Origin: Octopus vulgaris
Lineage: Eukaryota
Length of the DNA stretch: 64,000 bases
Assembly: GCA_951406725.2 (NCBI GenBank)
Contig: OX597835.1
Coordinates: forward strand, 41,726,001 to 41,790,000
Direction of reading: 5' to 3'
Shown here: positions 12,251-24,509 of the stretch, in pieces
Layout: each line of letters opens with the position of its first letter
How positions within the stretch are numbered: the stretch's first letter is position 1
Made by a program: the position numbers and the translations under genes
Notes under the pieces: generated by a model
What the model saw: the letters and a program-made list of their open reading frames with translations, nothing else
Told to the model about the DNA's origin: nothing
Database searches by the model: none

Positions 12251-12542
12251 TGTGGTGTGATGGAGGAAAAGGACAACAGAAAAATAAGAAGCAAACGGGA
12301 GAAGGAAATACAAAAGGCCTGACCTGTTGACCTCGACAGAATGGGTGGTCACTCTCAAGAAATAAACACACCTTTTCTCGCTGCCGTCTCTGCTCGAACT
12401 GACCACACGTGCTTCCTGCCCACGCATGCCCCGTGCCTGTGCCACCGGCCCCTGCAGTGCTCACTTCCGTCTACCTCATCTGCAATCCCCTCGACCAACA
12501 CCACATAGCTCCATCACAGCCCATAACACTGCTAACACCACA
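12251..12542. mobile_element. Solo LTR with 5 bp TSD
   Basis: Termini TGTGGTGT...ACACCACA, flanked by GGATG on both sides; internal AATAAA at ~12361. Confidence 0.85.
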
Positions 12543-14869
12543 GGATGTACGATAAGTTAGCTGCTGTATTGGTCTGTGGCTTGCCTATCGCAACTGGGAA
12601 ACAATTGCACTGTCTTTGTGGAGATAAATTCTGGTTGTGATGATGAAAATTACTGTACATGAACAGTAGATGGTAGATCTTCATTTAATGCCTTTTCCAT
12701 TATTGTATTTGATTTACTCTTTCTTCCTACAAAATTCTTGCATGCTATATCAGCTTCAAGAGCAATAACATGTTTAAGGGCACTTTGAGTGTAAGTAACC
12801 TCAAACTGGGTTTTGGTCAAATGTAGTTTGCCATTTGTTTGCTGCCAATGATGGCTCTATGTAAATTTATTACCCACTAGGGGCTACATAGACAGGACAA
12901 CACATGTGGGGACATATAACAATTAGAATTACGAAAAATATGGATGATAAATGATGATATATGAAAAGTGTGCCACTCACCCCACCTCAACAGCATTATT
13001 TAGGTCCTTTTATATCCAGTTAAAGTCGATCCCTTATTGTTCCTCCAATTTCTCATTTTCTATTTCGTCCGGTATCTCCTCTATCTCACACACCACCTCT
13101 CTATATTTCATGCCCTCTTTACACTCTCTGATCATATTCAATCTGCATTCTGGCACCAATGTGCCTAAGACTATATATCGGTTGCCAGTTTCCTCATAAA
13201 TGCTGGTGGAAATTTGTCAGCCAGAATATTATGGTTGTCAAAATATATTGGATTCAGATCTCTTGTGAACAGTTGAGAAAAGGCATTAAATGATGAATTA
13301 AGCTTCAGATTAGTGTTTTCTCATTCTTACCTAGATGAACTTTCCAGTTGTTGAGTACCAAAGCTTGGTTAATCTAATAACTAGCATCTGATTTTGTCAG
13401 TTTGCTAACATTGTCAAGATTATGTACATTATATCTCTCTCTCTCTCTCCCTCCTTCCCCCTCTCTCTCTCACTCTCACTCAGTTATGACAAGAACAATG
13501 GATTCTGCCATTAGTTTTGTCACATGAGTATCTAACATAATTTTACTTCTTGAGTTCTGATGTTTCTTTTACTAGACTCAATGAAATGTGGGTTTATAGA
13601 ACCAATGTTTAATGAAACAAAATTATCTTGCAAGAAATACAGTTCTGGCATCTGTACTTGACTGGTGGAATGACTAATTTCATTCTGTAATTCCAGATAT
13701 TCCATAATTCCCTCAAGTCTGTGACTAGACTGCATCGTCTTGCCAGCTGGTAGCAGCAGTTAATTGTATCTGATGAAGTGTTGTAATCTGGACAATTTGA
13801 AGTGTCTTCTCCTGTCCAGTCTATTTCTGTTTTTTGATGAGATCTATGATGAAAATTATTCTAGCCACGGCCCCAATTGCCTTTCTAAGCCCCACCCCTA
13901 TGTTTTGTGTACCTGGAACAGTTATTCCTTTTCATTCCTTAGATATTTATTTGGTAATAATTTCTACTTTTGTCAAGAGTGTGGTGGTAGTTATGGTAGA
14001 TGTTGTTGTTGCTGGTAAATGGAAATGTCTTTCACAGACCCTGTCAACATGTTCAAGTTGCTGGAAGTGTAAACAATGCCAGATACAATAGTTTGTTTAC
14101 TTTAAAATTGATGTCTTAAAGTGTATGGATTGCCATTCATTCCACTTGCTGCTAGATATGGCTCTTTATATTAGGTGCCAATTCCCTCCTAATGATTTGT
14201 GGAAATTTGTCTACAAGAATATTGAGGTTGTCAATATATATTGAACAGGCATCTCGTGTGAACAGTTGAGGAAAAGCATTAATGAATTTATCCCTAACAT
14301 GGTTAGGGCCTCCCCATCTGTACTGCTTAATTGTTGAGTACCAGAGGTTTGTCACTCTGAGAACTTGCATGTCATTTTGTGAGTGTGCTTATATTAATCA
14401 GAGGACGCAATTAGACCCTCTGCTTTATATGTTGGTCTTGAGGTGGTGATCAGTGGCAATATATGGTACAGTGCTTAATTCACTTTTAAAGTCAAGATGC
14501 CAGGTGTTGGTGCTTTGATTCTTGTTGTCTCTGAAAGGTTCCATCTTAAAGGAAATGTTATCAAAGTTATCTTCCTAATATGGTGTCATCTGTCAAGAAA
14601 ATTTACTGCCAGAGTCGAGCAAGCAGTGTAGGGAGATGAGTATATTAACTTTTGCAATTTGGAAGATTTTACTAAAGTTTTTTTTCTATTGTGTTAAGGT
14701 TTTTTTGGGTTTTTTTCAAATTCTGTATCCCTTAGAAACGAATATTTCTGTCAAGTCTACAACGGCACCATCCACCAGGTAATATGCCAATATACTTCAT
14801 AAATATTTATTTCCAATTTATTCATTTGATAGCATTTTTTAAGGTGGTGTATCACATATAAATACTGGT

Positions 14870-15760
14870 TTAGTTGGCTAGTGATAGTGTCATCAATAAG
14901 TCAGTGTCCTGTAAAGTCCACAAGGAGAGAATAGTGATGTAAGAAGTCAGCACCAAAGATGGGACAGGACTGGGTTGCAATGACGAAGATCCACTTAAAA
15001 TCCCTATGGAGTGATAAATCCAGGGTAAGAGATTTGTCTGTAGGCTTTAATAGCAGTGATTCACTACATCAAGAGATATGTCTGGAAGTAAACCTTTGAG
15101 GCCAAATACTCACACTGGCACCCGTGCCCACCATAAGGGATTTTAAACAAATGGAATTTCAGATTTAAAAAAATGCACAGTAAGGTGAATCAATGGGGGA
15201 GACGACTGATGTGCCCAGCACTTCCCCACCTAGTTTCCTTGTGAAGAGTAAGAGCAGGGCTGTGTACACTCTTGAACCTGGTCCTTGAATTTTCTATGGT
15301 ACCAACAAATTGATGGAGCAGGAAGTGCATGTCTGCAGCGATGCCTGGTCCTCCTTGCAGAATAATGCAGTGGAGATGAACGGTTCCTGCACATGCGTGA
15401 AACCTGATGGGTCAGTTCTCCAATGGCCCATGAGATTTCAGAGGATTGTGTGTCGTCTGGAGCAGAAGTACAAACTCACAAGGAAGATGAAGAAGCGACC
15501 GTGACAATGTTATTGCCAGATGATGGTGTGGCAGAGAATTCCGTAATCCTATCTGCTGAGGTGGCGAGTTGTTAAAGTGCTGTATGTTCCATATCATAGG
15601 AGCTAAAGTCAATTGGATATCAAAAGGCATCCTCGAGAAAAATAACTGAATGACTGCTCCTCATATAAGCCATAGGTCAACTCCCGGATCTGGTGTAAAA
15701 ACTAGGCGAAGGTTCGGTCCCCAAGATGTTCATCCTGCAAGAGTGTGAGTGTGCAAAATT
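14870..15760 (-). mobile_element. Ty3/Gypsy gag-protease fragment (degenerate)
   Basis: ICWYHRKFKDQVQECTQPCSY..QGN (gag C-terminal motif), LMVGTGASVSIWP (decayed DTG protease site), FVIATQSCPIFGADFLHHYSLLVD. Confidence 0.82.
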
Positions 15761-15959
15761 TACTTTCATCTGAAGGAGTTATGCCTTAGAAACTCAGTTT
15801 TGAAGGATTCATATGTCGTGTCCGATGGAGTTCCTGTTATATCTCGAATTGAAAGAGCAAGAAAAGTGCAATTTCTATTTTCATATTCTCCTTATTCTCT
15901 TATGTATATTACTATATACTTTATATAGTTTATGCTATGACAGAGTAAAGCTTTGAGTA

Positions 15960-17300
15960 CTGCCAGATTACTTGAATCCATATATTGTGTATTAAATTTA
16001 TATGTATATTGTTGAAAAGCGGTGGCTTGGAGGATAGTTATTTTATCCTCCAAGCCTGTCATTATGGCAGCCACCAGCCAAGCAGTCTACCTCAGCTGGA
16101 ATGTCTCCTACCCTAATCTTGGAAGTCCACCTGCCAAGATAAGTAGGTAGGAGTACCACCTCAGCTGTTTTTAGTCGCTCTGTTGAATCCTACTTGCCTT
16201 TTTCTTCTGACTTCAAGTGAACCTCTCTCACAGCATACTTTGTTCCTCTAGTTGTGTATGCCACATCGCTCCATACTGGCTGTAGGCACAGTTCCACAGC
16301 CTCCTTACTTGCATTATCCAGTTTTTTGATCTTTACAATGGAAACTTTATATATCACAGTGCACCAAAGTACTTTGCGAGTGGTTTCACTGGGAGGGTTA
16401 ATTGTGTCATTCCCTTCTCTTTTCAGCATCCATTTGTACTTTCGCTTTCACTATTGAGATTCTTTGTTACCCCGGCTGCTGTTGCAAAATTAACTTTTCT
16501 TCCCTTTAGGAAGTCATCGCCTGACAGCATACTCCTTAATTCCAGACTGCTATCACAGTTTGACGGGTTTTTTCTCATACTAGTCCCAGGTTCGACACAG
16601 GTCCTCTTCTTGATGGGTGATTCATCCATTTTGGCAAGTCACAATAATTATAATTTCCCCCTTTACACAAGGGGGAAAATGTTAAGTCTGCCACAAGCAG
16701 AAAACAAAGCAAACTGACAATACTACTAACCGTTCAGGCAGCAAACAACACAATAAACCAAAAAGGATCTGTTTACTTCACCAACCTCCCTGTAATGAAT
16801 TTCTTTATTGCCTACAGGAGGCTAAATGTAGATGGGTCAGTACAAGGACAGACAAAAACATAAAAGTGGGGACAAAAAAAACGAATAAAAAAAGAACTGC
16901 TGCCAGGTACCTCTTCAACCTCCATAGCCGTAATCGACCTTTCACAGCATTCTGCCTCCAGTGCCGAGAGTTGTGGCCCACCAGCGAGGAAATCCCTGAG
17001 GGGCTCCCCACAGTCCAGCCTGCCGCTCTCCCCAAACAATCAGGCAAAATGCTGGTGAAAAGCCTTTAGCATCTCCTGTCCTTTCATTGAATACCCCTGT
17101 CCATCTATTAAAGACTTAATAGAGGCTTCTCTGACTCTCCACACGATATGCCCATCTGGCAATATTAATACCCTCTCTCCCCACCGCACGAAGTTTAGCT
17201 CTGACTCTACACCCTTCGTATTTGGCTTTGAGATGATGATAAAAAAAAAACTGCTTTTGCCACCAACACTCTGGATGCAGAGCCAGATTCCATGGCCTCA
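15960..17300 (-). mobile_element. L1/Tx1-like LINE fragments (ORF1 part ~15960-16630; ORF2 pieces and 3' end ~16790-17300)
   Basis: LLPTYLGRWTSKIRVGDIP (ORF1-like), PQLSALEAECCERSITAMEVEEV (ORF2 linker-like), FFYHHLKAK...RW (ORF2 C-terminus-like); AATAAA on the minus strand near 16805. Confidence 0.55.
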
Positions 17301-17699
17301 TCTAATTCCTTAATTTAAGTCCCTTCTATTCTAGTCTTATCTAGACTTAACTGCTTGCTAAATCTAATACTCAGAATGAAAGGCTCATTTGAGGGCACAC
17401 CACCTATTATTAATAATGGTGCCGGTTAAAGCCCTCCGTACTAACTCCTTAACCTGAGCATGGAACGTTTAAGTTAAAATAGACTTGTTCATCTTCCAGT
17501 ACCCTTGTCCCTGCCTATGTTACTTAACTAGGTACACCCTACACAACACAAACTTGTTATCTGTATAGGGGACGCAACAAAAGTGTGAACAACTAAACAT
17601 ATCCTTATCTCTATCCCTAACGAATATCCTAAGATCTGAGTGAACCATCATTATTAGACCATGTCCCCTGTGGAATGAGCAGTTCATATATACTGGTTT

Positions 17700-18290
17700 A
17701 CTAGATTATAGCTCTCTAGTAGCCTTTTGAAGCCAGGATTTCCCCTTCTATCAGTCAAGCAAACGCTATCCACCCATGCATTAAGAATAGTGAAGGTTGA
17801 ATGAAATTTGTGAGTACATGAATGAATCAAATTAGAAAACTTATTTAATATACCTGAATTATGCGATCTAAGAATAATGTCAGATTCCTTAATGCACAAA
17901 TTACATTTATCCATAGTAGCGTTATAGGGGACGGCATTTGCTATTATAGACCATGATGTCTTGAAATTAATATTATCGCTTAGATTATGTATATAGGAGG
18001 CTGCAAACTCCTATTTGAGTTTTGCCATCAGAAGTCCTGCATATGTGTTTCTCATACATGACTCTTCATCCCAGCTAAAGATCTACATTCTTTACCATAC
18101 AGTTGACAATTTCTACGTTACACTTGAATGATTCTTTTAAGGCTATGGTCAGCAATTTTTGTGATAGATCTCACTTTTCCAAGTGATACCTGTGCAATGA
18201 TAATTTTTACAGTGGGGAAAGAATTCGCACAGGTCCAGCCCCATTCTCTGAACATGGACAACATAAACTTGAAAAGAACTAGTCTAAATC
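17700..18290 (-). mobile_element. Penelope-like element GIY-YIG endonuclease region (degenerate)
   Basis: WSIIANAVPYNATMDKCNLCIKESDIILRSHNSGILNKFSNLIHSCTHK resembles the C-terminal CxLCxxE...LNK...CxH motif of PLE endonucleases. Confidence 0.7.
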
Positions 18291-18529
18291 ATTGAATATT
18301 GTCAGTGTCACAGGTTTTCTGTTTCCCTCTCCTCGAGAGATGTTGTGAGAACAAAGAAGGGCATCCTACTCCCGGTAGGCCAACTGTGTGCCTGGATACC
18401 TACACAGGTGTTTCCACGTCCCCATGCATAAGTACAGATGTTGGATGGCAGTTGACTGCTCATGAGGTCTTCCACCCTTTGACAAGTCTTATTCTTCATC
18501 CCCAATGCTCAGGGAAGGAAGGAAAAGTA

Positions 18530-18564
18530 GTTTTACGTTTCGAGCAAAGCTCTTTGTCAGAAAC
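18530..18564 (-). ncRNA. Minimal Penelope-type hammerhead ribozyme remnant
   Basis: Minus strand: gttt-CTGACAA-a-gagc-ttt-gctc-GAAA-c-GTA-aaac. G8 is mutated, consistent with CpG decay of CTGACGA; palindromic stem III ACGT. Confidence 0.65.
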
Positions 18565-18628
18565 AGATGGAGAAAAGTCCAAGAGAAAAGGAAGACAGGA
18601 AAAAAAATCACCAACAATCCACATGTGG

Positions 18629-18682
<54 letters not shown>

Positions 18683-19596
18683 CAATATTAATGTATTGTT
18701 CCTTTCATTTTGACATGTGAGCATCTAATATTTTTTCTTTAAGTTCTGTTTGTCTCTTATTGATAGGATTTGAGTCTCATAATTTAGACAACTGTTCAGA
18801 TAGGATATAAGGATTGTTATACAAGAGGGTTGTGTATGTTATTTTGGGACTTTGTTCTTTCAGATGATCTAGACAACCCACTTTACAGTATTTTCTGATT
18901 TTATGGCAAGTTAACCTCTGATTCATTGTAGCTTTTTGAAATAATTTTCATGTTCTCTGTCAACAAGTTTTTCAACTAATTCGAGCTGTAAACTACTGCA
19001 AATACAAAAGTTTGTTTTTAAGACTGTTTTAAATAATAAAGATTCAATAATAGAAATTATTGAACTTTCTTCAAATTAGGCCATTTCTGATTGCTAGTTA
19101 TTCTGCATTTCCAAGCCAGAAGCGCAAGGTTCTTGCATCATGGCACACAAACACATGCTGTTAAATAGCTATAACCCTATATGAGTACCATATTTTCTCT
19201 ATTTTCAATACCAGTCAATTATGGCATTACCATTCTACCAAGTTTACATTAAGAGTAGATGGTAGATCTTCATTTAATGCCATTTCCATTATTGCAGTTT
19301 GTTCACTATTTCTTCCCATAGAGTTCATTTTGGATATCAGCTAAAACAGCAATGTTTAAGGGGTCCTTTCTTTTGACTAATCCTGAACTGGTTTGGGGTC
19401 AGACATGAGATGCCATTCATCTATCTGCTGCCAGTGATATCTTGTTTTTGTATCTGGTACCAATTTCATCATAATTGTCAGAAATGTTTCTGCCAGAATA
19501 TTGTGGTCGACATGTATTGGATTCAAATCTCTTATGAACAGCTGAGAAAAGGCATTAGGGGATGAATTTATCTTCACCTGTTCAGGACTTTCCTTT

Positions 19597-20074
19597 TATA
19601 ATGGAAGGTAAGGTTTACAATATCAGGAAAATATCTCCTTCTCCCATTATATCTTGTTCTTCATGTAGTTCAGGCTCTGGCAGGCAAAGAAAGAAGTCTT
19701 TAAGTACAAATGCAATTTACAACCGGTTTATTTACAAGTTTCACAGAACAGGTGAAGTGTGTTGCTCTCAACAACCATCTCCTGCTGTTTGCCTGGTGTT
19801 GTATCTCCATTAGTGCAGGCACATTGCCTCGGGAGTACAACATGCAGAAAGGCCCATCCAGTGAAGTGTGCTCAGCAAGTGCTGCTGCATAGAAGTGAAG
19901 AGAGAGAATGAATCTGTTTCTGTTTTGCCCTTATATACAGTTTGCCATCGCGAGCCGCGTTGTGATCTTGCACATAGTAAATAGATGCAGGTGAGGTCTC
20001 ACTCCAGTCTCAGAGGTGGCAATGGCTGCTGCGAGATCTCATCCAATATGGTGCTGACTGCTTGTGCCGCTACA
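19597..20074. mobile_element. Solo LTR with 5 bp TSD
   Basis: Termini TATAATGG (decayed TGTAA)...GCTACA, flanked by CCTTT on both sides; TATA-like and AATAAA motifs on the minus strand; homologous to 26036-26493. Confidence 0.8.
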
Positions 20075-20900
20075 CCTTTCATACTGGGATGACCTGTTGA
20101 GCATCAAATCTTGTTTAATCTTAGTACTCTCATCAGATCTTGTGAGTTCAATAACAATAGGAGCATGTAATTAGATATTTTTTTTCTGTTTGTGGTTCTT
20201 GAGATGGCAATCAGTGTTGATGCATAGGACGGTGTTTAATCCAGTACCAAAGTAGTGTGACATTAATCCTGAATTAAACAGATACTTGTTGTGCCTAATG
20301 AAAGGTATCATCACAGAGCGAATAGTAACGTTATCTTCCTAATATGATGGAGAATCTTTACTCCTTACTCTCAAGATAACCACATTGCCAGATCAGTGTA
20401 TTACTGTTTCTATGTCGGAAGGTTGACACAACAGAAAACTTTTGTTTCCTGTTAAAGTTTTTCAGTTCTCTATTTCTTTTAGAAGCAGTGTTCACCTCAG
20501 AAAAATCAGTTTCTTCTTTGATAGTAACCACTGTAGACGCAGTATTGACATGTTTAACTTCATTGAAATCCAGAGCACCAGAAGCATTTAAGATCCTGAA
20601 TATAACATTTCTGTTAGTCAAATGCCTTATGGAAGTTGAAGATAAGAACAGCTTCATTGTTATGATTTCAAATATAGACCTTCACAGGGTTAAGGTTTGT
20701 GAAAATGTTAATCTGTTCTCACAGAAGCCATTTTAGTTTGATTGGAGAGGATCAAGATAACCTTGGTCTTGATTTTGAATCGTAATTTAAAATGGAATTC
20801 TGAACCTTCCAATAGGTTGGGACATGTTCCACAGTTAGGTCACCCAAAAGATCTGATCTCCTACAAACATTGCATGAAATTATGCTAATCATGGATAAGT

Positions 20901-21790
20901 CTTCTTCTTAATCCTTTTTGCCCCTTATGGAGCATAGAGCCTCAACAGTTGTTTTCAACTTTTTGCGGTCATTGGCATGATTCTTGGCTGCTTCCCATGT
21001 CAGGCCGGTGGTCCTGAGCTCATCCAAAATGCTCCTCTTCCATGTCTGCTTTGGGCGTCCTCGATTCCTTTTCCCCTGCTGGTTCCAGTCAAGTGCTTGT
21101 CGTGTCACATTTGAGGGTTCTTTCCGCAGTGTGTATCCAATCCATCTCCATTTCCTTCGTCTAATCTGAATAAGTATGTGTTCCTGGTTGGTCCTTTCCC
21201 TCAGGTCGGTGTTTGGCACTCTGTCGAACCACTTCAGATGGAGGATCTGCCGGAGACATTTGTTGATGAAGGTCTGGATCTTCTTGTAGTTGTTGCAGGT
21301 GGCTCTCCATGTTTCAGAGCCATACAAAAGCACAGATTTTACGTCTGAACTAAATAAGCAGAGTTGAGATGGCAGTGGACTTCCATACCGGCCGAAGAAT
21401 AGCGAAGGCTTGCCAAGCCTTCTTGCTTCTTGCCGTGATGTCCTCGTCTGATCCACCTGATTTTCTGATCTTGCTGCCAAGATAGACAAACTCACCAACG
21501 TCCTCTACAGGTGTCACCTCGATTGTGATTGGCTCTTCCTGCTTGTTGTTGATGCACAGCACTTTTGTCTTTTCCCGGCTGATCCTCCAGCCCACTCACC
21601 GTGAAGTTTCTGTCAAGTGGTCTACCTTATCTTGCATGTCTTGCAGACAATGTGATCATCTGCGTCGTCCAAGTCCTCCAGCTTGTTCATCAGTGTCCAC
21701 TGAATACCTTTCCTACCTTTCCCGGAGGTAGCATAGGCCGTCCTGGTGACCCAGCCCAGCACAAAGAGGAACAGGAGTGGTGACAACAAA
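20901..21790 (-). mobile_element. RTE-clade LINE, 5'-truncated RT/3' end with (GAA)n tail
   Basis: LLSPLLFL, LEDLDDADD, EFVYLGS, VKSVLLYGSETW...RRRKWRWIGYTLRK...RGRPKQTWKR. Confidence 0.92.
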
Positions 21791-23216
21791 CAAGTAGTTA
21801 GTATGGTTTTATTTATCACTATGTAAATATTTCATTTTGCAATGGTTTCCAACCTAAGAAGCTCTAATAAGACTGAAACATACCTATTACTGTTATCAGT
21901 TGGGCTAAAAGACCACATCCACTCTCTCTTGCTTCCAAAAAATTAGATCAATTAACCTTAATGGAGTTGTCCTCTTTGTTTAGATTTAACACCAAATTTT
22001 GTTTAGGTAATTGCAATTTATGGAAGTTATATTAAATGGTAGGGTTCCACTGTACTTTTATATTCATTATTCAGCTCATTCCTTTAAGGAATTTTCACCC
22101 AGACGTATTGTTTAATAAGTTACGTGAAAAATTACTAACTACAACTGAAATTTAGAACTTATTTGCCAGCTTATTACATCAATGTATTGGCAAAAGAAAT
22201 ACGACAAATATTTTTCTCTTAATTTTTGGAGAAACTGTAGCAGTAAAGGCCTGACTTAATGGATAGGATGTCACATCCAATTGTCAGAATGTGGGTTTTG
22301 ATTCCTGAAGTGGGGCCGCGTGTTGTGTCCCTCAGCAACATCATATTGCTTTAGTCTCTGAAAATGAATACCAGTTGACTGCTGGTGTGTATTTTAATGC
22401 ATTTTGTGTGTAGTGTATAAAGGTTTGGTCATTTATCGTCTGCGGATTCAAAGAATTCCTATTGTCAGGAATAATGACTGAAATTTCTTGATTAACAGCA
22501 TCTAGTAGCCATTGTTAAATAGCCCCACAAATTCATTTTATCCTCATTATTGCTTATAGTGATCTTAAATCTCTTAATGGTCCATTGATAGCTTTCATCT
22601 TGAAATCTAGTTGAAATATTAAATGCAGATTGGAGCAAACCATAAATGTGAAGATGAACGATCAAATCGTGTCTCTAACCCATGGTGGTCACTACTGGGT
22701 CGGTGACCAAGAATGTTTACATCTGTCCATGACTATACATGGAAATATACTAGTGTGGTACAGCCTACATAGTAATACTTGCTTGATTTTTTTCATTGGT
22801 TAAGTTTCTAACATCCCAGTTCACCTAGGACTACAGGGGTAATATAACCGATTTTTTTTTTTTTTTTTTTTTAATAGCAGTGGAATTTTAAAATTGAGTT
22901 GCAGTAGCTTTTAGTATTTAGCTCAATTCCTCCTAAGGAGAGAAAACTAAGTTGCAAACTGAACCTTATCCAGTGGGTATTAATCCCTCATCTGATCACT
23001 TATGGATTAAGCACGATCACAAGTCCTTGATCCTTGGTAGAGATTAACTGTAGAGATCTTTTTCACATTTAAATTTTTATTGCTTCACACTTCCTCTGGT
23101 ACACAACTTGTCCATTATTTTTCTGGTGAACATTCTGGAAGGTATCCTGCCATAAAACATCAATACACCAATTAGACAGGTTCCACTGAATATTTACAAT
23201 AACATTTTATAATGCA

Positions 23217-23604
23217 TTTGCAGTATCGCCCGGCGTTGCTCGGGTTTGTAAGGGAAATAACTATATAAGCATTTATAGAGATGTAAAGTATAATAGCCAT
23301 CTCAATATGGCTAACCACAGAGGGGGTGTTACTGTAGCTTTTTACGTTCTGAGATTTAATTTTTTAGAGAGTTACTTCCCTTATATATGCCAAAAATGCA
23401 TTAAAAATGGGAAAAATTGATGGTAAATTTTTTTTTAAATCGTAGACTCATCGTAGACGCGCGCTAATACCCAGAAGGGCTCGATATGAATCACGACTAT
23501 AAGATACCCGGTTTTGGTTAAACTGCACCGCAAAATGTGGGAGTAGTTAGGAATCTAAATCATAGGAGACAGACAGCACACAACCTCTCTTTTATATATA
23601 AAGA
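23217..23604 (-). mobile_element. Non-autonomous Helitron-like element
   Basis: The minus strand starts TCTTTATATATAAA and ends cccgagcaacgccgggcgatactgc; same ends as 57306-57682, with the terminal CTAG decayed. Confidence 0.75.
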
Positions 23605-24509
23605 TTTGCAATTGTGTAAATCACATTTGTCATCTGAAGCCTGCATGGTTGTGCTTTGTTACCTGAAGTGGATGATGGTGCTGGATTTAATTTTTTGTTT
23701 TTGTCATACATTAGGTATCATATCCAGAATGTAGTACATGGTTGATCATGTTCTGCTACAATTTTGTTCTTTGTAACAGTTTCATTTTCTGATTTTTTTT
23801 TAAAGCCTCTTTATTCTTTTACCTTTTTTCTGATGTTCTTATCATCTTCGTTAAATCCTATGCTTCAAAAAAAAAAAAAAAAATTTTTAATAAAGATTAA
23901 ATATTAAGTCCAATATCCATATCATCCTTCTTCCTCTGTTTCTTTTCCCTTAAATATTTCCAATCATCACTAAATTCTCCAGGTCCTCTTTTCTCATCCC
24001 ATGACCAACAACTCTGTTGCTTGGTCTTTATCTCCTGAAGTAGTTTCCTTTTTACTGCATCCCGGTTAGTAGATTATTATTATAACTTGGTACATGTCTT
24101 TTCAGTTTGGAAAGTTTCTTCATTCCCCATTTATCTCATAAGTTATGTTGGATGTGATTCATGAACAGTTTCTGTGGTTTATTGATAATAAATTTAGTTG
24201 GATGTATTTACTGTACAAGTTTTGTGTCTATATTCTTTGGTTTGGCCTAAGAAATTTTGTTTAGAAAGTCCTTAACATCACAAAAGCTTATTGCCTAGCC
24301 TAAAAATCTAAATCAATGATGTTTCAGGCAACTCATTTTTATGTCTTTTCAAAAATAATTTTCTTAGTGGCCATAAGGGCTGAAAACATTAAGGACAAAC
24401 CAAACAAGTGCTGAGATTTACATAAAATTGAATAAAATGTCAGTGATAACTCTATAGGTGCATACATAGGGTAGATCCATCCACTTGTATCATTCTCTCT
24501 ACATTCATC

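Larger units (their letters stand above)
3265..20900 (-). pseudogene. Array of diverged, degenerate coding-like repeats of an unidentified protein, interrupted by many TE insertions
   Basis: Shared modules recur in one orientation: NAFSQLFTRDLNPIYxDNHNILADKFP-like at ~3900, 13225, 14215, 19495; ggtagatc(c/t)tcat at 3662, 12672, 19261; gttatcttcctaatatg at 4988, 14566, 20330; atttcca(t/a)tttattca at 5222, 10322, 14809. Many differences are synonymous in one minus-strand frame; stops and frameshifts are frequent. Confidence 0.6.

Noticed and set aside
3265-20900. F-box/LRR (e.g. FBXO38-like) identity for the repeated coding array
   Set aside because: Only isolated CPNL/CPNV-like words; no regular LxxLxL periodicity in the reconstructed peptides.
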